This document shows, one piece after another, positions 20,301 to 28,235 of a stretch of DNA of 64,000 nucleotides. The stretch lies in contig JAZKCQ010000025.1 in the NCBI GenBank assembly GCA_040388015.1, forward strand, positions 8,170 to 72,169, in the 5' to 3' direction. The notes below the pieces were generated by a model. It made no database searches, had not been told where the DNA came from, and saw nothing but the letters and a program-made list of their open reading frames with translations. Source of the stretch: Verrucomicrobiota bacterium. GTDB lineage: Bacteria > Verrucomicrobiota > Verrucomicrobiia > Verrucomicrobiales > Akkermansiaceae. Position 1 is the stretch's first letter; each line of letters opens with the position of its first letter. The position numbers were made by a program, and so were the translations under genes.

Positions 20301-21067
20301 CAGACGAATGCGAAAACCACCAGCGAGAGGACGAACAACACCACCGCCGACAGCGACAGCCGCCGACCCGTCAACCCCCGCACCTGCTTCACCCCCAGCA
20401 GCAGGCCGTACCCGGCCCAGACCGCGACCGCGGCGATGAGGTGCCCCCAGGCTGACTCGGTCCGGGGCATGAGAAATCCGGCCACGATCCCGATCGTCAG
20501 CAGCCCCCCGCCCAGCCACAGCAGTCGCTCCAAGGAAATGAGCAGCTCGCGCACCGGCGGCAGGTTCCGGAAAAGCCCGCTTTTCAGGTGATGCTCCTTC
20601 AGCTGCTTGTCGAGCACCAGAAACATCACCCCTGCCACGGCCGCCAAGGCAAGCGCGCCGTAGGCCAGCACTGACATCGCCGAGTGGGTCTCATGCCAGG
20701 CATTGCCACCCACCAGCTTTCCGGGATTTGCCACCAAGGTGCCCGGGACCAGCGCCGCCGCCTGGAACAGAACCACCACCGGCGCGGTGAATACCCCGAG
20801 CAGCGAAATCCGGTAGGCCGGCCCGACCAGCAGGTAAAACATCGTCAGCGACCACGCCAGAAAGGTCAGGATCTCCCCTCGATCCATCAGCGGGCAGGCA
20901 CCGCGCATTTCCCCGCGCACCGCCAGAAATCCGATCTGGCAAAGGAACGCCCCACTGATCCACGCCACCGTCCAATGGCTGCGGTGTCCGCGGTGCACCG
21001 AAATCATGCCCCAGGTCCCGCCCGCAGCGGCGAGCAGGGTGGCAGCGATGAGAAACCAGCGGTCCAT
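20300..21067 (-). CDS. Cytochrome c biogenesis CcsA-like membrane protein
   Basis: Multiple TM helices, WH..H, QLK..LPP motif; position upstream of hemA. Confidence 0.8.
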   Translation of the reverse strand: MDRWFLIAATLLAAAGGTWGMISVHRGHRSHWTVAWISGAFLCQIGFLAVRGEMRGACPLMDRGEILTFLAWSLTMFYLLVGPAYRISLLGVFTAPVVVLFQAAALVPGTLVANPGKLVGGNAWHETHSAMSVLAYGALALAAVAGVMFLVLDKQLKEHHLKSGLFRNLPPVRELLISLERLLWLGGGLLTIGIVAGFLMPRTESAWGHLIAAVAVWAGYGLLLGVKQVRGLTGRRLSLSAVVLFVLSLVVFAFV

Positions 21068-21390
21068 GCCCATCCATGGAGTCCCACGGCTTCCCGCGCA
21101 AGTCAAAGGCGGGCACGCCGCGAGATTTCGAGTGGGGAAGGATGGACCGCAAGGCTTAAAAGTCGCATCGGGGGCAAGGTAGAGAGCGGCGAGGACATAT
21201 CCAAAAAGCGCTCACGATCACCCCGGATCCAGCTTCTTGCGCTTCCCCGCGGTGTGACGGAAGTGCGCGTTGTCTCCAAACAGTCGCGCGGCCTTCCCAA
21301 GGATGCGCGTAACGGGATCTTCTGGAATGACCCGTTCCGAATCGACTTCGAATCCGGAGAAACCTGCGGGAAGGTAGTCGATCCGCGATC

Positions 21391-21543
21391 ATGAACTATC
21401 CGAAATCAAAAATCGATTTCACCTCCAGATTCGCGGATGACGGTGACCTTGCCGATTTTCTCTTTCTGGCGTTTTCGTATGAGTCCGGCACAACGCTTTC
21501 AGGGCAGGCCGCGCCATCCGGCGGAAATAATCCGCCAAAATGA
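21391..21543 (+). pseudogene. Remnant of cassette ORF 1
   Basis: Reads MNYPKSKIDF...SGQAAPSGGNNPPK*, ending inside repeat 1 with the same tail as the other cassette ORFs. Confidence 0.55.
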
Positions 21544-21586
21544 ATTCGAGCTTCCATCCTGACGCGGATGCGATCTAACGTTCTTT
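21499..21586 (+). repeat. attC-like site 1 (88 bp)
   Basis: R'' TCAGGGC, 5-nt spacer, L'' GCGCCATC ... L' GATGCGA, 6-nt spacer, R' GTTCTTT; next ATG at 21596. Confidence 0.75.
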
Positions 21587-21595
21587 GATAAAAAC

Positions 21596-22000
21596 ATGAA
21601 GACTACCACGCTTTCGCTTTTGGTGATCATGACGCTGCTTCCGGCGGCCCATGCCGTTGACGAGGGTCCTCCGTCAAACATGATAGAGCACGCGAGATGG
21701 GCAAGGGAAACCAAAGATCTGACCATGAGGATCGAACGACTTGAGAAGTTCTTGAAGGGCTTCATACCGCTTGATGACGGAGCGGAAGTCGTCACCGAGT
21801 TTGAGGATGGCTCAAGCATTCTGGCGGTCACAGGTTCCGCATGGGTGCTGGTCCGGGCTTATGTGGAAGCCGGACAGAAGGACAAAGCTCTGAAGGTGAT
21901 CGACTGGCTTCAGGAACATGATTCGAAGTCGGAGCTGTTCCCGACAAAACCAGAAAGCGATCAAAACGCGCCATCCGGCGGCGACAAACACCCAAATTGA
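21596..22000 (+). CDS. Cassette ORF 2, hypothetical exported protein
   Basis: Signal peptide MKTTTLSLLV...AHA; C-terminus SDQNAPSGGDKHPN is encoded by repeat 2. Confidence 0.75.
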   Translation: MKTTTLSLLVIMTLLPAAHAVDEGPPSNMIEHARWARETKDLTMRIERLEKFLKGFIPLDDGAEVVTEFEDGSSILAVTGSAWVLVRAYVEAGQKDKALKVIDWLQEHDSKSELFPTKPESDQNAPSGGDKHPN

Positions 22001-22043
22001 TTTCGGGCTTCCACCCTGCCGCTGATGCGCCCTAACGCTAGTT
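21956..22043 (+). repeat. attC-like site 2 (88 bp)
   Basis: R'' AGCGATC; L'' GCG(C)CATC pairs with L' GATGCGC leaving one extra base; R' GCTAGTT; next ATG at 22049. Confidence 0.75.
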
Positions 22044-22048
22044 CAGCC

Positions 22049-22494
22049 ATGAAACCCTTGCGAATCATGTTGCTGTGGATGGTCAGCGTGTCATGTGCGA
22101 TTTCGGAAGGCCTCAAGGATGAATCCAGGTAACTCGGATTTCTTCCCGGGCTTCAGTTTGTCGAGACTCCCCGGGGATCTGGAAAAAGCTCATCCGGACT
22201 GTCCGCCGCCTCAGGCTGATGCGGGCGAGGGCAACACGGAAATCGTGGTGAAGATCAAGCTGTCCGGCGTGGATGCCAACGGAGAGTTCAATTTCCTCAA
22301 GGGGATTCTGGTGTCTCACGGCTTCGAGGTTCTCACAGCGAATTATCAGTAGGCGCATCGCGTCGTTCCAACCGGGGCTGGACATGCGGCCGGATTTGCT
22401 CCGGGTCAGATTGGGGGCGCAGAAGGCGGGCGATCCTGAAAAAAAGCAAGACGGGCAAGGCGCGCCATCTGGCGGCGGGAAGTTGTCAAAGTGA
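22049..22494 (+). pseudogene. Cassette ORF 3, fragmented
   Basis: Signal-peptide start MKPLRIMLLW stops at 22132; coding-like sequence continues in other frames and ends DGQGAPSGGGKLSK* inside repeat 3. Confidence 0.6.
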
Positions 22495-22537
22495 TTGAGG
22501 GTTTCCTGCCAGCGGCGGATCCTCTCAAGCGTTAGGC
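22450..22537 (+). repeat. attC-like site 3 (88 bp)
   Basis: R'' GACGGGC, L'' GCGCCATC, canonical R' GTTAGGC at 22531-22537; next ATG at 22540. Confidence 0.75.
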
Positions 22538-22539
22538 AG

Positions 22540-22860
22540 ATGATCAAATCGCGAACGAACCAGTGGCTTGTTCCTCGTCTTGCTGGTCGTGATCGGGTCA
22601 GCCTCGGAAGTTTCGGTAACAACCTATCCGACTTTTCCCTCTCAGGATTGGACGTTTCGAGCCCCTGGCGCATCTTCGGCTTGTCCGGCTGTGAACCACG
22701 GGTCTTTAGCGGCACATGGACAACGTTTCACGACGGTCCCGGTGAATTCAGGATCAGCAGGCTGTTTAACAAGGTCGCCACAGGGTGCGTCACATTGCCT
22801 CTGCCTGTCTGTGCCGACGGCTTCTTGATGGTTCGTCGTGGTCATGAAGACGACAGCTAA
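22540..22860 (+). pseudogene. Cassette ORF 4, possibly frameshifted membrane protein
   Basis: Open from ATG 22540 to a TAA lying inside the R'' box AGCTAAC; the hydrophobic stretch LFLVLLVVIG lies in the +1 frame, suggesting frameshifts. Confidence 0.5.
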
Positions 22861-22942
22861 CACGCATCGAGATTCAACAGGCGGCGACGCTTTTGTTGAA
22901 TTCCTGCTTCCATTCCGCCGGTGGATCGGCTAGATGTCTGCC
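22855..22942 (+). repeat. attC-like site 4 (about 88 bp, divergent family)
   Basis: R'' AGCTAAC; arms GATTCAACAGGCGG / CCGCCGGTGGATC; degenerate R' GTCTGCC; next ATG at 22949. Confidence 0.6.
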
Positions 22943-22948
22943 AGAAAA

Positions 22949-23602
22949 ATGAAGACTTTCCTCGCAGCGACGATGTCCGTGATCATTACGACTCTCTCAG
23001 TCCGGGCGAATCCCCAGAGCCAGCATCTGACTGAAGCCTACAAGGCCCGGGGTGATTCTCTTTTCGTTACTCTCTACTGGTTGCCTGAAACGCGCGGTTT
23101 CGTGCTGAAGCGCATTCCGAATCATCAGGACTGGGTGGGATTTGAAGCGGGCCGTTGGAAAGAAGTGAAGGAAGGCGAGAAGCTGGCCGCCCTCGAGGAG
23201 CTGGGTGCGGAGTTCGATCGTTTCGACGGAACCAAGCTGGACGCGACGTGGAAGCGCATCAGGGACTGGCAGAGCTTGAGTTCGCAGCTGTCACTCCTGA
23301 CGACCTTCTTCGACAGCAGTGAAGGATTTCTCGACCTCGCCCACCATGACCCGGTGCTTCGTCCGGCATTCCAGTGGATCCTCGATCGGCGGCAGGCTGA
23401 TTTCGACACCAAGCACATCGGCAGCACGCTTTCCTCCGGTGAGACGGCGTCGTTTTATCCGGTCCTCGTCGAGCATCTGCTGAACACCCCCGAGCAACAG
23501 CGCCTGGAATGCTTTTCGCGGCTTTTCGCGCGCATCGCCGAGACGAAATCCGCCAAGGCGGGGCACGCCGCACCATCCGCCGGCGACAAGCCTTCAAACT
23601 GA
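22949..23602 (+). CDS. Cassette ORF 5, hypothetical exported protein
   Basis: Signal peptide MKTFLAATMSVIITTLSVRA; C-terminus AGHAAPSAGDKPSN is encoded by repeat 5. Confidence 0.75.
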   Translation: MKTFLAATMSVIITTLSVRANPQSQHLTEAYKARGDSLFVTLYWLPETRGFVLKRIPNHQDWVGFEAGRWKEVKEGEKLAALEELGAEFDRFDGTKLDATWKRIRDWQSLSSQLSLLTTFFDSSEGFLDLAHHDPVLRPAFQWILDRRQADFDTKHIGSTLSSGETASFYPVLVEHLLNTPEQQRLECFSRLFARIAETKSAKAGHAAPSAGDKPSN

Positions 23603-23644
23603 ATTAGAACTGCCATCCTCCGCGGATGCGATCTAACATTGAGC
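23558..23644 (+). repeat. attC-like site 5 (87 bp)
   Basis: R'' GCGGGGC, L'' GCACCATC, L' GATGCGA, spacer TCTAAC, R' ATTGAGC; shares CGCGGATGCGATCTAAC exactly with site 1. Confidence 0.75.
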
Positions 23645-23770
23645 CTGCGGTTCGTGGAGACCATCACCTGCATCATCTGTCTGGCTCTGACCGGTAGCGC
23701 CACGGTGTTCTCCCACTCCAGCGAAGGAGCCACGACATTGCTGGTGGGGAAAGCCATGAGATGTCGATGA
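23645..23770 (+). pseudogene. Possible truncated cassette ORF 6
   Basis: Signal-peptide-like LRFVETITCIICLALTGSATVFS directly after site 5, followed by an early stop. Confidence 0.35.
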
Positions 23771-23826
23771 GTGGAGGTTTGCATCCTTCATCGGCTTTCC
23801 ATGGAATTTCGGCGCGTCGGAAGAAG

Positions 23827-23849
23827 GGACAGGAGTGTCCCTCCTCCGT
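23827..23849. repeat. REP-like palindrome A
   Basis: GGACAGGAGTGTCCCTCCTCCGT; related copy in inverted orientation at 25790-25812. Confidence 0.55.
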
Positions 23850-23871
23850 GGAAGGATGCTGCGACCATCCC

Positions 23872-25113
23872 TCAGCCTGCGCTTGATTTCCATTTCCGGA
23901 TCAGGCGGCTGAAAAGGCTCTTCCTGCTTTCCGCCAACTCGGATTGCAGGGCGTTGTTGCGTTTCCTCAGCTTGCGGATCCGGGCCTGCAGCTCCGCGAT
24001 TTCTCCCTGTGAGGCGGTGAGACCGGCCTGGACGCCGGCAAGCTGATCATGGGTTGAGGCGAGGTCGGTGCTCATGGTTGCCAGCCGTTCGTTGAGCAGG
24101 GTGTCGCAAGTCTCCAGGTGTTTCAGATAGTTCGCGAGGAGGGCCTTCTCACGTTTCTCGTGCTCGCGTTCCTGACACTCCGGGGCCGGGACGGGTGGGG
24201 CGGGGGACGCGTGACCAGGCTCCTTCCAATGATCTGTCAGCGTTGCCGCGGTGGAGGCGGTGATCTGCTTGGCCCGTTCGAGGGAAGCGGGATCTTCCGG
24301 AACATATGGCTCCTGTTGGTCCAGTTCCGCAGACCATTTCGTGATAATGTAGAGCTGATTGCAGCGGCTGATGAACTGCTGGAAGCTGCGGTTGGTGCTG
24401 GCTCCCGCGTGGTGCAGGATGCGGGACCGTGGATCGCAAAGGACGGTCTGGCCGTGGCGGCGGATCTTCATGCAGAGATCCACATCCACGTAATAAGCGG
24501 GAAATATCTCCTCATCCATGCCGCCGATGGCATCCCAGGTGGAAGCTCTGACAAGGGTGGAGCAGGTGCCGGAATAGTCCACCGGGCGAACATCGGTGAA
24601 GGTTCCGGGATCGGGTGCTACGTTGGCCCAGGTGGTGGTGGTGAGGGCGTTCCTCCAGAGGATGGAGCCGGCGCGCTGCGGTCTGCCATCGGGAAAAAAC
24701 TGGAAGCTGCCGACGGCTCCCGCCGCGGGGTGGGTCGCCATGGTTTCGAGAAGACTTTCGATCCATCCGGGCTGGATCTCGGTATCATCGTGCAGGAGCA
24801 TCAGGAACTCGCCACGGGCGGAGGCGCGGGCACGGTTGTAACCCCCGGCCACGCCGAGATTGGCGTCGGACTCCCGCACGACGAGGCCTCTGGTCCGTTC
24901 GCGGACGAAGGATTTCAGCGCATCTGTCGCGGAGTTCATGACGATGACGACCTCGTAGGCAATGTCGCCGCCGATGTGGAGCCGGAGTGAGTTCAGGCAG
25001 TTAGCCAACAGCGCATCCTGGCTGCGGCTGGGAATGAGGATGGAAACCCGCGGGTTGCCGCTCACGGGGAGCGTGATGATTTCATCTCCCGGGGGATTCT
25101 TACCACCAACCAT
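23872..25113 (-). CDS. Glycosyltransferase family 2 with C-terminal coiled coil
   Basis: VSILIP, NLG..GYN, LHDDT, YYVDVDLC and H.AGAS motifs; heptad-rich C-terminus. Confidence 0.9.
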   Translation of the reverse strand: MVGGKNPPGDEIITLPVSGNPRVSILIPSRSQDALLANCLNSLRLHIGGDIAYEVVIVMNSATDALKSFVRERTRGLVVRESDANLGVAGGYNRARASARGEFLMLLHDDTEIQPGWIESLLETMATHPAAGAVGSFQFFPDGRPQRAGSILWRNALTTTTWANVAPDPGTFTDVRPVDYSGTCSTLVRASTWDAIGGMDEEIFPAYYVDVDLCMKIRRHGQTVLCDPRSRILHHAGASTNRSFQQFISRCNQLYIITKWSAELDQQEPYVPEDPASLERAKQITASTAATLTDHWKEPGHASPAPPVPAPECQEREHEKREKALLANYLKHLETCDTLLNERLATMSTDLASTHDQLAGVQAGLTASQGEIAELQARIRKLRKRNNALQSELAESRKSLFSRLIRKWKSSAG

Positions 25114-25123
25114 GGCGTGATCG

Positions 25124-25681
25124 TTAAAAACGGATGGAGGGATGGAACTTGTAAGGGATCAGATCGGTGTCGAGCGGGAGCCGGTACTTGTCAGGGCTGG
25201 AGTGGTCATACTGGATGGTGGGAAAGTTCACGACCAGCACGTCGCCGGTGCCCAGGTTTTCATCCGCATGCCAGACGAGGCGGGGAATGCTGAGGAGCCG
25301 GCGGCGATGTTCGGAAAGGCAGATTTCGTTGATCATGCCGTAAGTCGGAGAATCCGGCCGCGGATCATAGAGGACGACCTTCATCTCGCCCTTGAGCAGG
25401 CAGTAACGGTCTTCGTGGACCTTGTGATAAGCCCAGCCCTTCGCCCAGCCCGGCCGGATGGTGTAGAAATACGAGAAGACCATGGGGTCGGGATTGAATC
25501 CCCACCGCGGGTCATACATCTCGCAGACCTCGCCGCGTTCGTCGGTGTGGAGTACCAGATCCCGGAGGCGGACGCCGTCGATCAGCTTGCGGCATTCCTG
25601 CCCGTCGGGAGTGACGGTTTCGCGGTCTTTCCGACCGGCATTGGCAAGTTCCTCGAAATGGCTGGCGGAGTTGTCGGACAT
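25124..25681 (-). CDS. dTDP-4-dehydrorhamnose 3,5-epimerase (RmlC-like cupin) family protein
   Basis: HTDERG, KGWAYH, VLYDPRPDSPTYG and LSIPRLVWH motifs. Confidence 0.87.
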   Translation of the reverse strand: MSDNSASHFEELANAGRKDRETVTPDGQECRKLIDGVRLRDLVLHTDERGEVCEMYDPRWGFNPDPMVFSYFYTIRPGWAKGWAYHKVHEDRYCLLKGEMKVVLYDPRPDSPTYGMINEICLSEHRRRLLSIPRLVWHADENLGTGDVLVVNFPTIQYDHSSPDKYRLPLDTDLIPYKFHPSIRF

Positions 25682-25789
25682 GGGAATCGTGGAGGTGAGG
25701 GTTTGTTCCAGAGACGGGATTGTGTGCGACTCCGTGTTTCCGACAATGAGTTAGATCCGGTGCGGCCGGCGGGGGCGATGGAGGATTTG

Positions 25790-25812
25790 ACGGAGGCTCC
25801 ACACTCCTGTGG
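25790..25812. repeat. REP-like palindrome B
   Basis: Reverse complement CCACAGGAGTGTGGAGCCTCCGT has the same core as 23827 with compensatory stem changes. Confidence 0.55.
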
Positions 25813-25819
25813 CGGGTCC

Positions 25820-27223
25820 CTAACCCTTGCAGCCGAAGAACCGCCGCTTGCAGATGAGGTCGGAGACTCCGGCGGGAACCATTTCCTTCCACGCCTCGTC
25901 TCCGGCGGCGATCTTCTTGAGCACGTCGCGCGAGAAGATGGTGAGGTATTCCGGTTTGAAGTTGTCGAGGGCGACGAAGCTGCCGCGGTCCGCCAGGTAG
26001 CCGTAGAGTTTTTTCAGCTCGGTGGCGACGGGCAGGTTCTCGATGGTGGTGAGTTCGCCGGTCGCCGCGTCCTTGAGCGGATAGACGTAGAGCTTGAGGT
26101 TGTTTTTGAACAGGCGTCCGAAGGATTCCAGGATGCCGCCGGGGAGCTGGGTGTAGTATTTCTCCTCAAACAGCTCGATGAGGCTCGGTGCTCCCATGAC
26201 GATGCCGATGCGCTCCTTCGTCCGCCAGGCGAGGTAGGCGGCGAGGCGGTAGTATTCGAAGTAGTCGGAAATGAGCACCGTCATCCCGCAGGCGGCCAGC
26301 AGGTCGGCGCGGGCGAGGAAATCGCGGCGGTCGATCTGGTCGCCGCCGGCCAACAAGTTCCGCATGGTGAGTTCGAAGATGGGGAGCACCTCCTTGCCCT
26401 CGACGGCGGGGTCTGCCTTGAATTTCTCCAGCGCGGACTGGAGCATGTCGAAGTTCACGTGCGTCGGCGGGCGGAAGCTGCCGCGCTCGACGAGGACGGC
26501 CTTCTTGTAGAGAATTTCCGAAGGCTGGAGCACCTCGCCATCGGCCCCGAACATGGCGGCGCCGCTGAGGCCGAGCTGGACGAGCTTGAGGCTGATGAGC
26601 CGGTTGTCCACCGAGCGGAACTCGATGCCCTTGAACTCGATGACGTCGATCTCGATGCGGCCGGTGGTGAGCTTATCCAGCAGGCTCTCGACCAGCAGAT
26701 CCGGCTCGTGATGGAGGAAGAAGGCACCGTATAACAGATTCACTCCGACCACGCCGAGCGCTTCCTGCTGGAGCGAGGCCTCGGTATCGAGCATGCGGAC
26801 GTGGATGAGGATCTGGCTGGGTTCGTCGCGAGGGCGGGACTGGAATTTGATGCCCATCCAGCCGTGGCACTCGTTGCCGCCCTTGAAGCTGCGGGCGACG
26901 ACGGTGTCGGCGAAGGCGAAGAAGGCGGTGTGGTCGCCGCGCTTGTCGCTGAGCCGCTCGACATTGAGCTGGAATTCCCGGTCGAGCATGGCCTGGAGGC
27001 GAGAGCGCGAGACGTAGCGGTCTCCGCTGCCGTAGATGGCGTCGCTGACGATCATGTCATAGGCGGAAATGCTCTTCGCCACGGTGCCGGCCGCCGCGCC
27101 GACGCGGAAGAACCAGCGCACCACCTCCTGCCCGGCTCCGATTTCCGCAAGGGTCCCGTACCAGCGCGGGTCGAGATTGATTTTCAGGGCCTTGGAGTGG
27201 GTGTCCAACTCGTCTTGTTGCAT
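25820..27223 (-). CDS. Conserved cytoplasmic protein with nucleotidyltransferase-like C-terminal half
   Basis: YGTLAEIGAGQEV, KSISAYDM, ERGSFRPPT and SRDVL...W..MVP motifs; start at MQQDEL. Confidence 0.8.
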   Translation of the reverse strand: MQQDELDTHSKALKINLDPRWYGTLAEIGAGQEVVRWFFRVGAAAGTVAKSISAYDMIVSDAIYGSGDRYVSRSRLQAMLDREFQLNVERLSDKRGDHTAFFAFADTVVARSFKGGNECHGWMGIKFQSRPRDEPSQILIHVRMLDTEASLQQEALGVVGVNLLYGAFFLHHEPDLLVESLLDKLTTGRIEIDVIEFKGIEFRSVDNRLISLKLVQLGLSGAAMFGADGEVLQPSEILYKKAVLVERGSFRPPTHVNFDMLQSALEKFKADPAVEGKEVLPIFELTMRNLLAGGDQIDRRDFLARADLLAACGMTVLISDYFEYYRLAAYLAWRTKERIGIVMGAPSLIELFEEKYYTQLPGGILESFGRLFKNNLKLYVYPLKDAATGELTTIENLPVATELKKLYGYLADRGSFVALDNFKPEYLTIFSRDVLKKIAAGDEAWKEMVPAGVSDLICKRRFFGCKG

Positions 27224-27271
27224 GTCGCGCATTAAGCACGGTTCAGGCCAGACGTCGAAATGAAAGAGGGG

Positions 27272-27403
27272 GAACCACGGAATACCCGGAACACGCGGAA
27301 TTTTTGGAACAGAAGGCGCTGTGAAGATCTGGCTTCCGGATATTCGGGAGTTCCATCCTCTTTGCGGATTTTGAGCATGGGATTTTTCAGTCCTTCGTGG
27401 TTT
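27272..27403. repeat. Intergenic imperfect inverted repeat built from 9-10 bp submotifs
   Basis: AACCACGGAATACCCGGAACACGCGGAA ... TTCCGGATATTCGGGAGTTCC ... TTCGTGGTT. Confidence 0.5.
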
Positions 27404-27418
27404 GAAAGCGACGTGGAA

Positions 27419-28219
27419 ATGATCCGGTTCAAACTGACCCTCGCCTACGACGGTGCCGCCTATCACGGCTGGCAGTCGCGGCCGGACGGATCGGGTGTGC
27501 AGAACCGGGTGGAGGCGGCGCTGGCGCGGTTGTTTGCCAGCGAGCCGAAGGTGGAGAGCTCCAGCCGTACGGACTCCGGCGTGCATGCCTGGGGAATGGT
27601 GGCGCACGTCGATGTGCCGGGGGCGGAAAACAGGATGCCGCCGGGAAAACTCGCGCTCGCGCTCAACGCCTTGTTGCCGGACGACATCCGCGTGCGCTCC
27701 GCGGTGCGGGTGGCTGGAAATTTTCACGCGCGCTTCGATGCGACGGGAAAGCAATACCGCTATCAGGTCTGGAACGGGCCGGTGATGGATCCGCTGCGGC
27801 GGACGCAGGCGTGGCATGTGCCGCGCGCGCTCGATCTGGCGGCTATGCGTGAGGCGGCCGGGTTTCTCATCGGTCGCCACGACTTCCGCTCGTTCACCGC
27901 GAACCGCGGCGTGGTGCTGGAGGACGCGGTCCGCACGCTGACCCGCTGCGAGATCCGGAAAAACAGTGCGCAGGTGACCTTCGTGATCGAGGGCGGGGGA
28001 TTTCTTTACAAAATGTGCCGGGGAATCGTCGGCACGCTGGTGCAGGTGGGCGAGGGCAGGTTTCCGCCAGAAACCGTCACCGCGATGCTGGAACAGAAAG
28101 ACCGCCGTGCCGGTGGAGTGAACGCCCCGGCGCGGGGGCTGGTATTGTGGAAGGTGTTTTATGGGAAAAAAACGGGGACCGGAATAGCTCCGGTCCCCGT
28201 TGAGTTCGGGAATCTTTAG
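27419..28219 (+). CDS. truA: tRNA pseudouridine(38-40) synthase
   Basis: AYDG..YHGWQ, SRTDSGVHA, FHARF, HDFRSF and FLYKMCR motifs. Confidence 0.95.
   Translation: MIRFKLTLAYDGAAYHGWQSRPDGSGVQNRVEAALARLFASEPKVESSSRTDSGVHAWGMVAHVDVPGAENRMPPGKLALALNALLPDDIRVRSAVRVAGNFHARFDATGKQYRYQVWNGPVMDPLRRTQAWHVPRALDLAAMREAAGFLIGRHDFRSFTANRGVVLEDAVRTLTRCEIRKNSAQVTFVIEGGGFLYKMCRGIVGTLVQVGEGRFPPETVTAMLEQKDRRAGGVNAPARGLVLWKVFYGKKTGTGIAPVPVEFGNL
28166..28201 (-). terminator. Terminator for the EF-hand gene, lying inside the truA 3' end
   Basis: 13-bp stem AACGGGGACCGGA/TCCGGTCCCCGTT with a T-run on the minus strand. Confidence 0.75.
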
Positions 28220-28235
28220 ATGTTTGCCGTGCGGA

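Noticed and set aside
21499-23644. CRISPR or toxin-immunity tandem paralog explanation for the 88-bp repeats
   Set aside because: The intervening sequences are gene-sized (about 320-620 bp) and appear unrelated; similarity is confined to the palindromic unit.
27224-27880. N-terminal extension of the 686-aa ORF
   Set aside because: It is antisense to truA and crosses an intergenic repeat; conserved-looking sequence begins at MQQDEL.
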